From assembly GCA_043228905.1 (NCBI GenBank), contig JBHGNT010000018.1, positions 16,430,001 to 16,494,000 of the forward strand: a DNA stretch of 64,000 nucleotides, written 5' to 3'. A program made the translations under genes and the position numbers. Each line of letters begins with the position of its first letter. Position 1 is the first letter of the stretch. Shown piece by piece: positions 61,856 through 64,000 of the stretch. Source of the stretch: Azolla caroliniana (lineage: Eukaryota > Plantae > Polypodiophyta). Under the pieces are notes generated by a model that did not search any database, was not told the origin of the DNA, and worked only from the letters and a program-made list of their open reading frames with translations.

Positions 61856-63549
61856 GTGAGATTTACAAAATAAGCATGCCTTTTTCTGAATAAACTGATT
61901 ACAAGCTACTTTGAAAATGCTGCACTCTTAAGATATGATGATCATTTATGTCTATAGACAGGTGGTTCACTGGCATGTTGCTTTTTAAATGATCAGTGAT
62001 TTCATAACATGTATGACTATAGATTAGGTGGTTTACTGGCATGTTGCTTTTTAAATGATGTTCAGAAATGGTTAGAAAATTTGAGAGTAATTTACAGTTT
62101 CATAACATTTTCTATCAGACCATAGATGGCATCTACCTGAAGACATGGCTGATCTCCTTCAATAGTTAATAGTACTGTGATGGATATGGTAGGTATGCCT
62201 AACTGTGCTTAGGAGCAATAAAGGTTGCATGAATTTGTAAGGTATTCACGTGTTTCATGTCTTGAAATATGCCACAGGTTTTGCTTGTCAGATGATGATG
62301 CAATGAAAAAAAAAGAAGATTTTGGGAGAAAATAGTAATGGATTGACTTTTTCCTGTAATACATTATCTTACTGGTGGGAAATCTCAGATGAGTTGGAAA
62401 CACAAAATAGTTATTACAATGAAATGATCAGGTGTTCATTATATTTGTATTCAAATTAGGAACATTAAAAAAGTGGGCATTCATATGCTCCTCTACATCT
62501 TTTGAGAAACTGGAAGAATGTAATTTCTGCCAATGAAAACCTGAATATCTGAGATATGTTGGAAGTAGGTTGACTGCAATTCAGTTGGGTGTGAGATAAT
62601 CAGGAAAATGCCAATGCCAAGGATCTGGAGTATGTAACAAGATAGCCAGGATAAATTTCTCAAATATTGGGCAAGAAACTCTTATTGGAGCTAGTAAGTG
62701 ATTTGTTATAACAAGGTGGCTGTTTGTGGACAAGTCCATATCAGATGAAGTACAATTCATAAACATGTCCACATCTCCTATGAGTGCCAATGGCAATCGG
62801 ACAATATTATAGACACCTATAAAAGAAGACTTGTTCGTGTACTCTTTTGTATTGTTCATAGCCTTTGTTTACACCAAACCAAGTTTTTTGCAAGCTCCAA
62901 ACAACATTGCAACATATGTCAATGCAGGGATCATGCTGTCATAACCATAAAGTTTTCTTGCTCAAAAAGTGAAAAAGAGTGCCAAAATTAGAGAAAAGAT
63001 GTCAATCCTCAAGTAATAGTGCCATAAGTGTTTAAGAGCCCTTTAATGGCGTGCCATATCAGCCTCTGATGCGTGCTAATCCTGACCACTTTTTTCTTCC
63101 AAATGAATTCATTAAAATGCAAGACGATCATGTGGCTATTACCTCTTGCATCTTTGTTACACATGGTGACATTACACTAGTTTTCTTGGTTCATAGATAT
63201 TTTCCTTCACAGTTTACTGCCTTTGAGAGACTGATTGTTTCAATTTGATATCTGAAGACTCTTTATTACTTTAGTGTCCTTGGGGCTGGAAGAGGTGGAA
63301 GAGCATGTGGATGATACCCAAGTTGCAGAAACACAAAAAGATGACAACTTATGATTAAAAGGAGAACATTGATATTCAGCTTTGTTGATCTATTTTTCTA
63401 AGTTTCTGGAAGTTAGCCTATAATCTAGAAATTTTTCTTATTATCATCTTGACTTGCCTATCTAGTTGTATTTGTTTGAATTAATTACACTTGTTTCATT
63501 TTTCTACTCAATACACATTTAGAACTCTTATATATTACCGATCACCCTC

Positions 63550-64000
63550 CTCAGAGACAATGTGCACATCTGCAGTTCCAAGAGCCACGGACTAAGCTAT
63601 GGTCATTTGATACACTTGTCACACCAACTCTTTTCTATGGAGTAGAAACACGGGGACCGAGTCTTAACAAGGCAAATCATTGGAAAGATTTAGAGAGACT
63701 TTTAGTGTCAATGATTGCTCGCATGATAAGGAGCAAAACATCGGTGCCCCACGATATAATCCGGGCAGAGATGGGAGCAGCACCTATAATAACCGAGGCA
63801 TTGTTCCGATTTGTGACATTTATCCAACGTCTTTGGGAGCTACCTAAACGAAGGTACCCAAGGTTGGCACTTATGTCATCAAGACAACTGCCTGAAAATG
63901 GAGACACTCATTGTTGGTATGCTGAAATGCAGCAATGGTCCGAGTCACATGGCATGAGTATAAATGCACTACCGCCGTTCCAATATAGCTTGGACTGTCC
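63550..64000 (+). mobile_element. Younger LINE fragment of the same family in TRN1 intron 16, runs off the window
   Basis: [32 protein letters not shown]...AEMGAAPII...WYAEMQQW, homologous to 56410-56830 and 59570-60020. Confidence 0.85.

Noticed and set aside
62270-63250. Possible decayed coding sequence on the minus strand in intron 16 (ORF 62581-62859)
   Set aside because: No motif I can assign; needs a BLASTX search

Overview
Eukaryotic nuclear DNA, most likely from a non-seed land plant (inferred from the TE repertoire and the transportin sequence). Bases 1-47.9 kb are almost entirely a nested LTR-retrotransposon pile. It holds several Ty3/gypsy chromoviruses (Tcn1/Tf1-sushi-like; labelled A, B, C, D, E and solo LTR N), of which D (18613-24397) is intact with near-identical LTRs. 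It also holds several Ty1/copia elements (F, G, H, J), a non-chromovirus gypsy with a long extra 3' ORF (I), solo LTRs (K, L, M) and a relic putative DDD-type DNA transposase. From 49.9 kb there are 16 coding exons of a transportin-1 (importin-beta2) gene that runs off the window end, with decayed LINEs in its long introns. The most notable signal is a shared LTR design in the chromoviruses. (1) An outward-facing (antisense) tRNA-derived Pol III A-box/B-box module sits at the U3 edge of all 8 chromovirus LTR copies. (2) A block of heat-shock elements follows (RY motifs in family E). (3) A TATA box and a 12-nt self-primer come next; the primer co-varies with a non-tRNA PBS. All coordinates were read by hand and no database searches were run.
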